Below the pieces are notes generated by a model that was not told where the DNA came from, did no database searches, and worked only from the letters and a program-made list of their open reading frames with translations. Position numbers and translations under genes: made by a program. Shown piece after piece: positions 1-11,266 of a stretch of DNA of 35,502 nucleotides; the stretch's first letter is position 1, and every line of letters begins with the position of its first letter. The DNA lies in assembly GCA_052055015.1 (NCBI GenBank), contig JBQJIT010000074.1. The stretch is one strand, 5' to 3'. This DNA comes from Malassezia furfur (taxonomy: Eukaryota).

Positions 1-713
1 GGACCAGTCTTGGTCCGCGGCCGCCGCCGGCGCTCGCTCGGCATCCCACGTCGGGCGCTCGGTGCTCGCCGAGGCCCAGGCGCGCTCGCGTGGCGGCGCA
101 GCACCATCCGTCCAGCTGCTTCGAGACGGTGCATCCGTCCACGTCGGCGCCTCGCTGCTGACGGGGGCCGATGCACTGGTCCACGCCGTGCGTGCATCTG
201 CGGGCGGTGCGCAGCTGGGTGCAGCGCCGTCGTCGCTCCATTGCTCGTTGCGCTCCGTGCCGATCTCGTTCGGCGGCGGCGGGGGGGCACGGAAGAAGCC
301 GTCCTTGCGCCGGCTCTCCATTTGATGCTGCAACACCCGCGAGAGGTGCTGCGGGTCTTCGATGCTGCTCAGCGACGACCGGCTCAAAGCGATGCCAATG
401 GGAATAAAGAAAAGCGAGCCTGCGAACCCACTCGCAAATGACAGTGCAAAAAGACGGGTATTGCTCATAGGGCGCCCCGAACGGCGGAGCGCAAACACCA
501 TCGCACTGGCACCGGCCACAAAACCACACTGCGTCAGATGCCTCCTACATACGACTCTCGCGCGCCAGACATTCGTACCGATATGACGCAAAGCTTCCGC
601 TGGAATTAACCATACCACATACCCTCCTTGGGTGTTAGCTTGGCGTCGGGCTGCGCAGCGCCGTTGTTGGACGGCGCCGCACCGGGACTCGGGGCAGCGG
701 GGGCCATCGACAT
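1..713 (-). CDS. Uncharacterised membrane protein, 3' end outside the window; exons 713-623, 599-553, 528-<1
   Basis: ATG at 713. Introns GTATGT..TTAATTCCAG (622-600) and GTATGT..CTGACGCAG (552-529) join an open frame: MSMAPAAP..LTPKEAEALRHIGTNVWRARV-CGFVAGASAMVFAL..LFALSFASGFAGSLFFIPIGIALS. This gives two hydrophobic segments followed by a Trp-spaced low-complexity tail. Confidence 0.7.
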
Positions 714-1523
714 GCTGGGCGTTTGGTGCGCGCGCACGGCCGTTGCTTTCGTAAGCAACAAGCCCGACCGCGCACGCCGGCCGAGGTCGTGGCAGGGCGT
801 GCCGCACGCGGCGGACGGCCGACGGGCGCGGGGCGTCGCGCGCAGCAGGCAGGAGGCGCACGGACAAGGCGACCAGACGTGACGAGGTGTCTGTACCCGC
901 GCCCAATAGAGGTCGCACTTGTCATCGCCACGATCGCCGCGCCACGATGCCATGACAAGGATGCGCGCGAGCCATCTCTCTACGACTTCTACGTAGGGCC
1001 GTACCGGGGAGCTATGGGAACAGCACCCACGGTGGCGCTGAGGTGCCAACCATTCATGATCAAAGTCCGCAGAGCACGGCAAAGCGGGGCGGAGCATCGC
1101 GCCGTGCCGAGCCACGCCGTGGCACCATAGCTACCCCGCCACACGCGGCACTGGCTCGCCAAGACGCATACATGCAGTGCCTTCCACGTGTTGCCTTTGT
1201 CTCGATCCGTCGCTGGTCGCGTCAGCGCGCGGGCGGCCGCGTGGACCGCGCGCGCGCGCGGTGGGACCCTTGCGTGCACGCAAATGATTGGGCGGCTGGC
1301 GCCACGCGGCGTGTCTCTAATCTCCGGCCGACGCGTCGCGACGCGGGTTTAATTGCGCGGCCGGCGCCCTGCAAGGCCGCGCGCGAGGGCCGACCCCTGC
1401 AGCCCGCTGACCCGCGTGTCCGTCGCTCGCGCGCGTGCCTTGCGCGGAGGTTGGAGTTGGCCATCGACGCGCGTTCGTCGTGCCCTTACACCGCCGAGAC
1501 ACGGAGTCGCCCACGCGTCAGAC

Positions 1524-2882
1524 ATGGCCGCTGCCTCCGTCTCCACGCACACACCCGAGGGCGGCACCACGCCGCAGCTTCTCGAGGTACGCTGCCCCGT
1601 CTGACCGCAGCAAGCGCAGCGCCTGCGCGAACGTCTTACGCTCGCAGCCCACCACACGGGACTCACGAGTGCGGGGCAGGCCCCCGACCTCGCCTCCAAG
1701 CATACGCTTGGCAACCCCCTCGTGGAGGCGCATGCCGTAGCGCCGCCCACGCGGTCGCTGCCGCCGCTGCCACGCACGCCCGAGCACAAGCGCAAGGCCC
1801 CCGCGTCGCCCGCATCCTCCGACCTGTACCAGGGCGTTCTCGGGAGCCATGTGGCGCTCGCCTCACCGTCGTCTACTCATGCCGGGTCTATGGCGTCGCC
1901 GCCGTCGCCTGCGCCGCGCGCACGCTCCACGCCGCGCACGCCCCAGTCGCGCGCGAGTGCGGGCGAATGGCTGAACCACGTCGCTTCCTCGCCGCAGCTC
2001 GGCTCGCCGCACCGCCGCGCAACGAGCGACGTACACAACTACCCCACCGCCGAGCAGCTCCAGCGCGAGCGGCGCGCGGCGCAGCGCGTCTCGCCCAAGC
2101 GGCGGCGTATGGACATGCCCGCGCCGTTTGCCTTTCCCACACGCGCGCTGCCGCACTCGCCGCCCCATCTGCGCAGTGGGCGCGTCGCCTCGGCGCTCGC
2201 GCAGGATCTCGGCATACACACCGACGCATCGCCCGGTCGCCTTGCGGGGGCGCGCGTTGTGCCGTCTTCGCGCCACGCGCGCTACGCATCCATGTCGTCG
2301 CTCCCCGACGCACTGCACGATACACACTACGTGCCAGTGCGCAGCTACGACCCGCCGCCGCACGACCCTCGCGACACGCGGGCGTCGCGGCACCAGTACT
2401 CTCACAGCGTCGGCGGCGCGCCCGGCGATGCGCACGCGCCGCTGTCGTACGCGCGGCAGGGCCCCGCGCCGGCACCCACGCACGACGCGGGTACCGCGCG
2501 TCGTGCGGACGCAGCGTGGGCTCCGCCGCCGGCCGCGCGGAAGCACCGCCGCAGCGTGTCGCACAATGTGCTCGATACCCCCGTGCCGGTGTCGCATGAT
2601 CGGCACAGCAGCATCGTCACACCGCCAAGCGAGTCGCCCCTGTTCCCGATGACGCCCAAGTCGCTTGCGCCGTCGTTCCGCTACGGCGACTTGTTGAGTA
2701 CGAGCCCTACGCCGCAGCCGCGGCACGGGCGGCCTCCGCGTGCGGCGCCGAGCAGCGCGCCGCCCAAGGCGCCACGTCACCTGCGCTTCCGCTCCGAAGA
2801 CCTCGGGGCACGCGGCGCCCGCCCGCTGTGGGCGCAGTCGCCGCGCGCACCGCCTGCACCCTGGAAGGACATAGCCATGTAG
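1524..2882 (+). CDS. Whi5/Nrm1-like G1/S transcriptional repressor candidate; exons 1524-1586, 1611-2882
   Basis: Removing a 24-nt intron (GTACGC..CTGACCGCAG, with in-frame TGA) joins MAAASVSTHTPEGGTTPQLLE to QAQRLRERLTLAAHHT, which resembles the Whi5/Nrm1 GTB motif. The rest is disordered with many S/T-P sites (SPKR, SPHR, TPRTP, TPKS). Confidence 0.55.
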
Positions 2883-2913
2883 AGACCACGTGATGGTGTT
2901 GTTCTCGCCCGGC

Positions 2914-3954
2914 ATGGCGGCTCGGTACGCGCGCGAGACGCGCATCGGCGCGGGGTCGTACGGGTAGGTCTGCACGCGTTGACGCAGCGAGGTGTACCGG
3001 GGGCACGAGCGTGCGACAGGCAAGGTCGTCGCGATCAAGGTCATCGATTTGGAGCTGTCGCACGACGAGCTGATCACGGTACAGCGCGAAATTGCGGTGC
3101 TCAGCCAGGTGCGCAGCCCGTGCATCACGACGTACTACGACAGCTTCCTTGCGGACGCGCAACTGTCCATCGTCATGGAGTACTGCGGCGGGGGCAGCTG
3201 CGCCGACCTGCTCGACGCGGGGCTGCTCCGCGCGCAGCATATCCCCACCATCCTGCGCGAGGTGCTGAATGCGCTCGTGTACCTGCACGGCGAGCACAAG
3301 CTGCACCGCGACATCAAGGCGGCCAACGTGCTGCTCGCCAGCGACGGCGCCGTCAAGCTCGCCGACTTTGGCGTCGCTGGGCAGCTTACCGCCGCGGTCA
3401 AGAAGGACTCGGCCTTCGTCGGGACGCCTTACTGGATGTCGCCCGAGGTGGTGAAGCAGAGCGGGTACGACGCCAAGGCGGACATCTGGAGCCTGGGCAT
3501 CCTTGCCTATGAGCTCGCCGAGGGCGACCCGCCGTACGCCAACTTGCACCCCATGAAAGTGCTGCACCTTATTCCGCGCAACCCCCCACCAGCACTGCCC
3601 CCCAAGCACGACAAGCAGCTCTGCGCCTTTGTGCAGCTATGTGTGCAGCGCGACCCAAAACAGCGCCCAACCGCCGCAGAGCTGCTGCGCCACAAGCTGA
3701 TCCGCAACGCGGCGCCCACTTCCGTCCTGGCGCCGCTCGCGATGCAGCGCAAAAAGCGCGCGCTTGACGAGCCGCGCGGTATCCAGCCGGTGGATGTGGC
3801 GCCAGAAGAGGCGCTGTGGGACTTTGGGACGCGCACGCACCGTGCGCGGCCGGGTGCGGTGCGCGACGGCGGCGGCGATGCGCCGCGCTCGCCGTCGCTC
3901 GTGTCGACGTGGAAGAGCCGCATGGCGACGGTGTTGGGCGGCACACCGCGGTGA
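2914..3954 (+). CDS. STE20/GCK-family Ser/Thr kinase (Don3/Sid1/MST3-like); exons 2914-2963, 2988-3954; alternative in-frame ATG at 2893
   Basis: Splicing the 24-nt intron 2964-2987 restores the glycine loop IGAGSYGEVY. Other motifs: VAIK, HRDIKAAN, DFG, FVGTPYWMSPEV, and the GCK-type PPYANLHPMKVLHLIPRNPPP. Confidence 0.9.
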
Positions 3955-3970
3955 AGGAGACCTACAGTGT

Positions 3971-5990
3971 CTACACACGCGCACCACACTCCTTGCGCAG
4001 CCAGGCAATCGCGCGTGCATCGCCCTGCTTCTCGAGCAGCGGCAGAAGCTTGGCGTACACCTCGTCGTGGTACGCATTGACCCACGCGCGCTCCTCCTCG
4101 GAGAGCAGCGACGCGTCGATGAGCTTGGTCTGGATCGGGCACATGGTGATGTGCTCGAAGCGCAAGAAGCCCTTGCTCGTGGGCGGCTCGGGCGTGCCGG
4201 ACGGCAGGTAGTGCGGCTGGACACTGGGGTGAGTGCGGCGAGACGTACATGACCAGGTTCTCGATGCGGATGCCCCACTCGCCGTCGAGGTAGTAGCCGG
4301 GCTCGTTGCTGATCACCATGCCCGGCTTGAGGCCCGTCTCGTTGAACGCAATGCGCGTGCCGATGCCCATCGGCGGCTCATGCACGTTCAAAAAGTGGCC
4401 CACGCCGTGGCCCGTGCCGTGGCGGTACTCGAGATGGTCGCGCCAGCCAGGCGCGCGCGCCAGCGCATCGATCACGTAGCCCGTCGTGTTGTACGGGAAA
4501 ATGAGACGGTCAATCGCAATGTTGCCTTGCAGCACCCGCGTAAAGCACCGACGCTGCTCGGCGGTCGGCGTGCCAAAGTGCAGCGTGCGCGTCACATCGG
4601 TGGTGCCAAATGGGAAGTGCGCACCGCTGTCGCACAGGTAGAGCGCGTCGCGGTCAATCGCGGGGCCGCCCTCCTCGGGAGGGGAGTAGTGGATGATGGC
4701 ACCGTTTGGTCCGGTGGACGAGATCGTGGTGAAGCTCAGCCCTTGGAACTCGTCCTGCTGCTCGCGGAATTCCGTGAGCTTGTTCGCGCCCTGTGTCTCG
4801 GTGACGGTCTCGCCGCGCTGCAGCGCCTCCTCGAGCCACGCAAAGTAGGCCACGAGCGCCGCACCATCTCGCAGGTGCGCCTCGCGGAAGCCGTCCTGCT
4901 CCACGACGTTCTTGATGCTCTTGGCATCCACCACAAGGGAGCGGTCCACCATCGCACGCTCTGCGCCCAGTGCCTGGAACACGGCATAAGAGGCGCGCTT
5001 GCCAATCAGCATCTTTTGGCCTGGCTGCAGCTGCGACTCCATCGCGCGCAGGTCGTCATAAAAGGCGGAGTAGGGGCGTACCACCACGGTCGCGCCCAGG
5101 TGCTCGCGCACATCGGTGGTGAGCTGCGCATCGTTCACGTAGAGTACGGTGCGGTCCATGGTCACGATCGCAAACGTGAAAAACACGGGGTTGTATGGCA
5201 CATCCTTGCCGCGCAGGTTAAAGAGCCACGCGACCTCGTCGAGCATGGTGGCGACAAAGCCATACGCGCCCATCTTCTGCAGTTGCTGGCGCAGATCCTG
5301 GATCTTTTTGTCGAACGAGCGACCGGTGATCGACTCGGGCAGCGCGAGGATCGGTTCCTGCGGGCGCTCGGGGCGGTCGTGCCATACCTGCGCGACGAGG
5401 TTTTCGACGAGCGGCACAAACTCCATTTCGCTCGCGCGCAGGTCACTGATCAGCCTCTGCGCCTCCTCAACGCCGATCACCTTGGGGTCGACGCCGATCC
5501 GCGCATGCGCAGGGAGCTGCGCGACAAGCCACTCTTGCCACGTCGGCACCTCGGGCTCGCCCATCTTCATCAGCGTCCACACGCCCGGCTCGAGCTGCTG
5601 CGACGCTTGCAAAAAGTAGCGGCCGTCGGTGAAGAGCAGCGCGTCATCGTGCGTAAGCAGCGCCGTACCGGCGGAGCCGTTGAAGCCCGTGACATAGCCA
5701 CGCAGCAGATCAGACACCGCAGGGTACTCACTCGCGTGCTCGTCCTCGGACGGGACGAGATACGCGTCGAGGTTGTGCTCCTTCATGCGCGCACGCACCC
5801 GCTCGACAATCGCCTTGGTCGGCACCACGCCGTTGTTCACAGCGCCCATCGTGATAGAGGAGTTGGTTCGGAGAGAAGGAAGGAAGGGGGTTCGACTCGA
5901 AACACGAGGCAGAGAAGGACGTGCAATACGCCGTCCCACAGCACAGCGCACAGAGGTGGTCGCGAGGCAACCTAAAAGACGCAAAGGCAT
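3971..5990 (-). CDS. Xaa-Pro aminopeptidase P (M24B, AMPP1/Fra1-like); exons 5990-4249, 4223-3971; second start at 5849
   Basis: Motifs EDEHASEY, GFNGSAG, TDGRYFLQA, DSGAHFPFGTTDVTRT, HGTGHGVGHFLNVHE, NEPGYY, GIRIEN. The 25-nt intron 4248-4224 joins the C-terminal FEHITMCPIQTKLI..WVNAYH segment. Confidence 0.93.
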
Positions 5991-6208
5991 CGACACCCTC
6001 CGCGTGGCTCCACACGCCGATCGAGCCCACCGCTGCGGTGCGCCGAATCGCTGAACGGACCAATGGGGTTGCCTTGTTGAAAAGGCGGAATTTTAGCCTA
6101 TGGGTGGATACGTCGCGCGGAATCAACACCGAGCGAAGGTGGGTAGCAAGCGCGTTGAGTACTGTACATGCAGGTGTTGATCATGAAGAGATGCAGGGGG
6201 CGACGCGC

Positions 6209-7510
6209 TTAGTAGCGGTAGTGGTCGGCCTTGTACGGACCCTCGATCGGAATGTCGAGGTAGTCCGACTGGACCTGGGTGAGCTTGGTGAGCTGCACGT
6301 TGAGCTTGGCGAGGTGCGCCAGCGCGACCTCCTCGTCGAGCTTCTTGGGCAGCATGTAGACCTGGCCACGCTTGTACTGGCCCTCCTTGTCGTTCCACAG
6401 GGCAATCTGCGCCAGCGTCTGGTTGCAGAACGAGGCGCTCATGATGAACGACGGGTGGCCCGTGGCACAGCCAAGGTTCACCAGACGGCCCTCGGCAAGC
6501 AGGATGACATGGCGGCCGTTGGGCAGCGTGTAGCGGTCCACCTGGGGCTTAATGTTGACCACCTCCTTGGCGATCTTCTTCAGGCCCGCGACATCGATCT
6601 CAATGTCAAAGTGGCCGATGTTGCACACAATGGCGTCCTCGCTCATCTGCTCAAAGTGCTTCGTCGTGATAATGTCACGGTTGCCCGTCGTCGTCACAAA
6701 CAGGTTCGCCTGGCTCACGACGTTGTCCATCGTGTCCACCTGGTAGCCAGCCATGGCGGCCTGCAGCGCGTTGATCGGGTCAATCTCGGTGACAATCACG
6801 CGGCAGCCGTAGCCACGCAGCGACTCCGCACAGCCCTTGCCGACGTCACCAAAGCCGGCCACGACGGCAACCTTGCCGCCGAGCATGACGTCCGTCGCAC
6901 GCTTGATACCATCGACGAGCGACTCGCGGCAGCCGTAGTAGTTGTCGAACTTCGACTTGGTCACCGAGTCGTTCACGTTGATCGCGGCAAGCTTGAGCTC
7001 CTGGCGCTTGGCAGCCATGTAGAGGTGGTGCACACCGGTGGTGGTCTCCTCCGAAACACCGTGGATGCCCTCCAGGAGCTGCGGGTATTTCTTGTGGACG
7101 AGCCAGGTGAGGTCACCACCGTCATCCAGGATCATGTTGAGCGGCTCACCATTGGGGAAGGCGTGCAGCGTCTGCTCAATGCACCAGTTGTACTCCTCCT
7201 CGGTCTCGCCCTTCCAGGCGAACACGGGGACGCCGGTAGCCGCAATCGCCGCGGCGGCGTGGTCCTGCGTCGAGAAGATGTTGCACGACGACCACGACAC
7301 CTGCGCACCGAGCGCAATGAGCGTCTCGATCAGCACAGCGGTCTGGATGGTCATGTGCAGGCAGCCAGCAATACGCGCGCCCTTCAGGGGCTGGTCCTTC
7401 TGGTACTTCTCGCGCAGAGCCATCAGACCGGGCATCTCGCCCTCGGCAATTTCAATCTCCTTGCGGCCGAAAGCGGCAAGCGAAATGTCGGCGACCTTGT
7501 AGTTGGACAT
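6209..7510 (-). CDS. SAH1: Adenosylhomocysteinase (S-adenosyl-L-homocysteine hydrolase)
   Basis: Intronless. [69 protein letters not shown]-terminal [10 protein letters not shown]. Confidence 0.98.
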   Translation of the reverse strand: MSNYKVADISLAAFGRKEIEIAEGEMPGLMALREKYQKDQPLKGARIAGCLHMTIQTAVLIETLIALGAQVSWSSCNIFSTQDHAAAAIAATGVPVFAWKGETEEEYNWCIEQTLHAFPNGEPLNMILDDGGDLTWLVHKKYPQLLEGIHGVSEETTTGVHHLYMAAKRQELKLAAINVNDSVTKSKFDNYYGCRESLVDGIKRATDVMLGGKVAVVAGFGDVGKGCAESLRGYGCRVIVTEIDPINALQAAMAGYQVDTMDNVVSQANLFVTTTGNRDIITTKHFEQMSEDAIVCNIGHFDIEIDVAGLKKIAKEVVNIKPQVDRYTLPNGRHVILLAEGRLVNLGCATGHPSFIMSASFCNQTLAQIALWNDKEGQYKRGQVYMLPKKLDEEVALAHLAKLNVQLTKLTQVQSDYLDIPIEGPYKADHYRY

Positions 7511-7647
7511 GGTGAAAGTTGGGGGGTGGAAGAAAGGGCGGCCAAGGCGCACCGTAGAAGTCTTGCGCCGTGCGCGCCAGCGCAGGGCCACGTGTCGTGC
7601 GCACGTGGTGCCGCAGCCGGCCGGCCGGCGTGCTTCTTCCTGCTTCG

Positions 7648-7914
7648 ATGCCGCCGCAAGGCAGCACGCGCGGCGAGTGCCGCCTAGCAGAGCTCACGCA
7701 GTTCCACTGCCAGCTACTGCATAACCGGATCATGTGCCAACCAGTGGAGCGTATCTTCCGCATGTGTCCGAGGCGCCCGGCCGTGGAAGTGACACACCTC
7801 GTGGAGTACGATGCAAATATGCAGCCGTACCTCGTTGATGCCCTTCCGTACGTGTGCCGAGGCTCATGCAGCGAATATACCCAGCTGGACAAGCACGATA
7901 GCAAGACGCAGTAG
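7648..7914 (+). CDS. Som1-like mitochondrial inner membrane peptidase accessory subunit; probable in-frame intron 7848-7871
   Basis: Small protein with the pattern [32 protein letters not shown], characteristic of Som1. Carries a GTACGT..CTCATGCAG 24-nt intron motif. Confidence 0.7.
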   Translation: MPPQGSTRGECRLAELTQFHCQLLHNRIMCQPVERIFRMCPRRPAVEVTHLVEYDANMQPYLVDALPYVCRGSCSEYTQLDKHDSKTQ

Positions 7915-8101
7915 ATGCTAACGGGAAGTTTCCAGGACGCCTTGGGTGCGATGTCAGAAATGGCCCGATCTAGGAGTCGACTATGCGCAACCTACGCAAA
8001 GCCAGACGGGACAAATTGGGCCAGATCAACCAAACCATGTCTTACTAACCGGCTCTTTGACTGATCAAAGAGTATGGCTGATGGGCGTGGTACATGTAGC
8101 A

Positions 8102-10393
8102 CTACGTAGGCCGCATAAGGGAAGATACAGGAAGAAGCGTCTCGGGATGTGCTGGTTCGTGGGGCGTCGTTTGCTGTGCAATCGCAGCCAGCGACGGCGT
8201 GTCACCAACCAGGCCACGCAGCTCGTCCATCAACACCTGAACTCGCGCCATCTTAGCATCATTTCCCTCGTGGTCGGGAGTCGCGCCAAGCCACAGTCGA
8301 ATCATGCCGTGGTATGCCTGCATCGTCGTTCGTAGCACGTCGGCGTCCTCAGGATGATGCGCAAGGACATGCGCCAGCGCCAGTCGAAATTCTTCAAACA
8401 AGGACCAGAGCCGCTCACGCACGGCAGGCATGTGCGCCAGACGTGTACGGCTCGCCTCGTAGAGACACGCCGCGTACATATCCAGTCGCGCCGTCGTCAC
8501 GTCCCAATCGGCCTCGACATCGTCCGGCGGCACCGCATACAACGAGCGCGCCAGCGCCAGCGTTGGCTCAAATACACCCGCATGGAAAAAGGCACGCAAT
8601 ACACCAGACGCAAACGAAGGGTGCACGGGCGACTGCGCGGCGCACACGTCGAGGACGACTTGCTGCGCTACTGTCCGCATGTTGCCGGCGAGCAGCGCGC
8701 GTACAAACACTTGCGTGTCATGTAAAGGGAAAATTTGACCAAACGCTGCTGCGTCGTGGTACAGTCGGAGCGCAAACAGCAGCTGCCCGCTGCGTTTGAT
8801 CGCCTGACGGAAGAGCCACAGCAAGCCGCGGGGCGGTGCGTCGCCGGCGCCGAAGAAGGGCAGGTGTGTAGGATTGTACATACGCGCCCTTTCATACAGA
8901 CGCCGGCCCATTGCGTAGTGGCCCTGACTCACACATATGGCCAGTAGCCGATTATGGTGCGGAGGAAGAAGCAGGGGGCCATCGTCCATGCGGTTCAACA
9001 CATGCTCGACAAAGGAGATGAACCGTGCGGACCAATCCGGCGCGTCGTCGACGTATGTTGCGAGCGCTTCACCTAACGCATCAGGTTGTGGTGTCTTTTT
9101 GCCCAGCAGGGTGGCCTCCCATGCGCGGACCAGCTCACCGTACATCTGCTGGTCGGCCTCCAAGTCGGTGTGCTCCCGTAAGGCGTGGAGCGTATCGAGT
9201 GCCAGCACCATGGCTGCCTCATACCCGCCCCGTCGCTCGCGTGCGCGCCATGCCAACGCGCTAATCGCAGCCGCATACACATCGTACGGCTGGGCGTCTG
9301 CAGAGCGAGTTAATACCAACGCCGCGCGAGGGTCACCCAAGCGGCACAGTGCCACGGCCGCTCGCTGCGCCAAGTATTCGGGACGTGTCCGAGCAAGCCC
9401 GTGCAGCAGTGCTGACCACGGCACAGTATAGTCAAACGAAGCCAGCGTCGCCTCTGTTGGTTTGCGACACGCATCAAAGAGGACCTGCGCTCGCTCGGCG
9501 CCGAGTCGCGTCAAGAGCGTCTGCACCAAGGCGCCCCGGATGGGCAATAAACGCGCAAACGCGAGACAAAGACCATGAATGCCTAGCTTTAGCTCTGGAT
9601 CGCGTGGGTCGCTTTTGTCACGAAGACGAAGGCAAGCCTCGACGAGGGCATTGAAAGGCTGTGCAGCACTCGACCGGTCGTCGTCAAGGTCCGAGCGTGA
9701 GGCAAGCGCCTCCACGAGCCGCAGAGGTGGGAGATGGTCAAACTTCGCAAGGCGGAACACGGTGCGTCCGAGCAGCGGCGTGTCAAGCTCCGCCGGCGCG
9801 TACACAACCGCTTCGGACAGGGCCCCGGCTTGCCTTACCCGCTCTTTGTCCCACTCCTCGCCTTCAAAATGTTCCAGTCGCTCGCCGCGTTTAAGCAATA
9901 GGTATAGATACCGCCGATATAGTGATGGCGGTATGGGTGAGGAAACGTGTGCGGCATGGAATGAGAACAGGGCGCACAACCGTTCACAGACACGATCGAG
10001 GCGTGCATAGAGCCCCAGAGGAGGCCGCGGATTTGGCCCTTGTGCGAGAAGCGACATGGCGCCATGCCAAAGGGAGTAGGGTATCGTGGTGCTTTTCGCA
10101 CGGCAGAGGACAAATTGATGCCAACAAGCGTCCTCGTCGTGCCGTGCCAATGCATCAGCCATGTCACGCAAGTCCGGTGGCCATGTGTGGCGGTCACCGG
10201 GCGGGAGATAGGGGTAGGTGTATCGTTCAAAGCTCGCTTGAGCCTGGCATGACCGTGCCAATACCGCAAACGTGCGGTGTACCAGGGAAGCGGCACCGGG
10301 CGCGTGCCAAGGACGCTGCGAAGAAAAAGGACCCGCACGAACATCGCACCACGGACGCGGTGCGACGCCGCAGCGGAGCGCCCTCATGAGCAT
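8102..10393 (-). CDS. Predicted mitochondrial helical-repeat (degenerate PPR-like) protein, about 763 aa
   Basis: Long intronless ORF with an Arg/Ala/Ser-rich N-terminus. Repeated helix pairs such as [47 protein letters not shown] and [13 protein letters not shown]. The product assignment is inference. Confidence 0.5.
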   Translation of the reverse strand: MLMRALRCGVAPRPWCDVRAGPFSSQRPWHAPGAASLVHRTFAVLARSCQAQASFERYTYPYLPPGDRHTWPPDLRDMADALARHDEDACWHQFVLCRAKSTTIPYSLWHGAMSLLAQGPNPRPPLGLYARLDRVCERLCALFSFHAAHVSSPIPPSLYRRYLYLLLKRGERLEHFEGEEWDKERVRQAGALSEAVVYAPAELDTPLLGRTVFRLAKFDHLPPLRLVEALASRSDLDDDRSSAAQPFNALVEACLRLRDKSDPRDPELKLGIHGLCLAFARLLPIRGALVQTLLTRLGAERAQVLFDACRKPTEATLASFDYTVPWSALLHGLARTRPEYLAQRAAVALCRLGDPRAALVLTRSADAQPYDVYAAAISALAWRARERRGGYEAAMVLALDTLHALREHTDLEADQQMYGELVRAWEATLLGKKTPQPDALGEALATYVDDAPDWSARFISFVEHVLNRMDDGPLLLPPHHNRLLAICVSQGHYAMGRRLYERARMYNPTHLPFFGAGDAPPRGLLWLFRQAIKRSGQLLFALRLYHDAAAFGQIFPLHDTQVFVRALLAGNMRTVAQQVVLDVCAAQSPVHPSFASGVLRAFFHAGVFEPTLALARSLYAVPPDDVEADWDVTTARLDMYAACLYEASRTRLAHMPAVRERLWSLFEEFRLALAHVLAHHPEDADVLRTTMQAYHGMIRLWLGATPDHEGNDAKMARVQVLMDELRGLVGDTPSLAAIAQQTTPHEPAHPETLLPVSSLMRPT

Positions 10394-10582
10394 TTCGCTG
10401 CTTGTATGTCGCACAGGGCGCCAATTTTGCAGCGAGCACGGCGCTGTTGCGAGCGCGGCACACCGACCGAGCTCACGCCGCGCCATGCATGCGGCTTCCC
10501 CTACGATTTTTTCGAGGCACGTGGCAGAGAGCGTCCACGCCTGCGACGCGTCTCGTTCCTTCTCCACCCCACCCCCCGCGCG

Positions 10583-11197
10583 ATGTCGCACTACTCGGCT
10601 GTCGCCAAGGCACGATCACGGCGCGTGCCATCATCCAGTGGACTGCTGAGTACTCCCAGCTATACTGGAGTGCGCGCACCTGCGCCGCCGCACGCGGAGC
10701 TTAGTGAGGACCAGCGTGCCGAGATCCAAGAAGCGTTCGAGTTGTTCGACACGGACAAGGACGGCGCGATTGACTACCACGAGCTTAAAGTAGCGATGCG
10801 TGCGCTCGGCTTTGATCTCAAGAAGCCTGAGCTGCTCAAGATTCTGCGCGAGAACGACGCGAGTGGGTCGGGGCTGATGGAGTGGAAGGACTTTGAGCGG
10901 ATTCGTACGTGGCGCGCAATTCACACCAGTAACGGAGCGTATCCTCTCGCGAGACCCTCGGGAAGAAATTCGGCGCGCATTTGCGCTCTTTGATGACGAC
11001 GGCACGGGCAAGATCAGCTTGCGCAATCTGAAACGCGTCGCGAAAGAGCTCGGAGAGAACTTGGACGACGAGGAACTGTGCGTACCGACTATGTTAGATA
11101 CTAATGCAGTCAAGCTATGATCGACGAGTTTGACCTGGACCAGGATGGCGAGATTGATGCGAGCGAATTCGAGCAAATCATGATGGACGAACCGTGA
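10583..11197 (+). CDS. CDC31: Centrin (Cdc31); exons 10583-10904, 10930-11077, 11110-11197
   Basis: EF-hand sequence [40 protein letters not shown], then [38 protein letters not shown] and [16 protein letters not shown]. Introns of 25 and 32 nt. Confidence 0.95.
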
Positions 11198-11266
11198 CCG
11201 TAGCGCGTCCGACTTGTAATACACACCTCCACCTACACCCCGCCCACTGCCTCCACGACCGTCGTC

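Noticed and set aside
1043..2599. 518-aa Arg/Ala-rich ORF and the opposite-strand 421-aa ORF (1863-3128)
   Set aside because: Alternative-frame products of very GC-rich DNA. The spliced 1524-2882 frame is better supported.
3507..4248. Long C-terminal extension of the 829-aa ORF overlapping the kinase
   Set aside because: Artefact of reading through the 25-nt intron 4248-4224. The spliced frame gives the conserved C-terminus ending at 3971.
4233..5975. 580-aa ORF antisense to aminopeptidase P
   Set aside because: Antisense shadow of a well-supported gene.
5921..7687. 588-aa ORF antisense to SAH1
   Set aside because: Shadow ORF. Strong C/G third-position bias in the real gene removes antisense stop codons, and the translation has no recognisable motifs.
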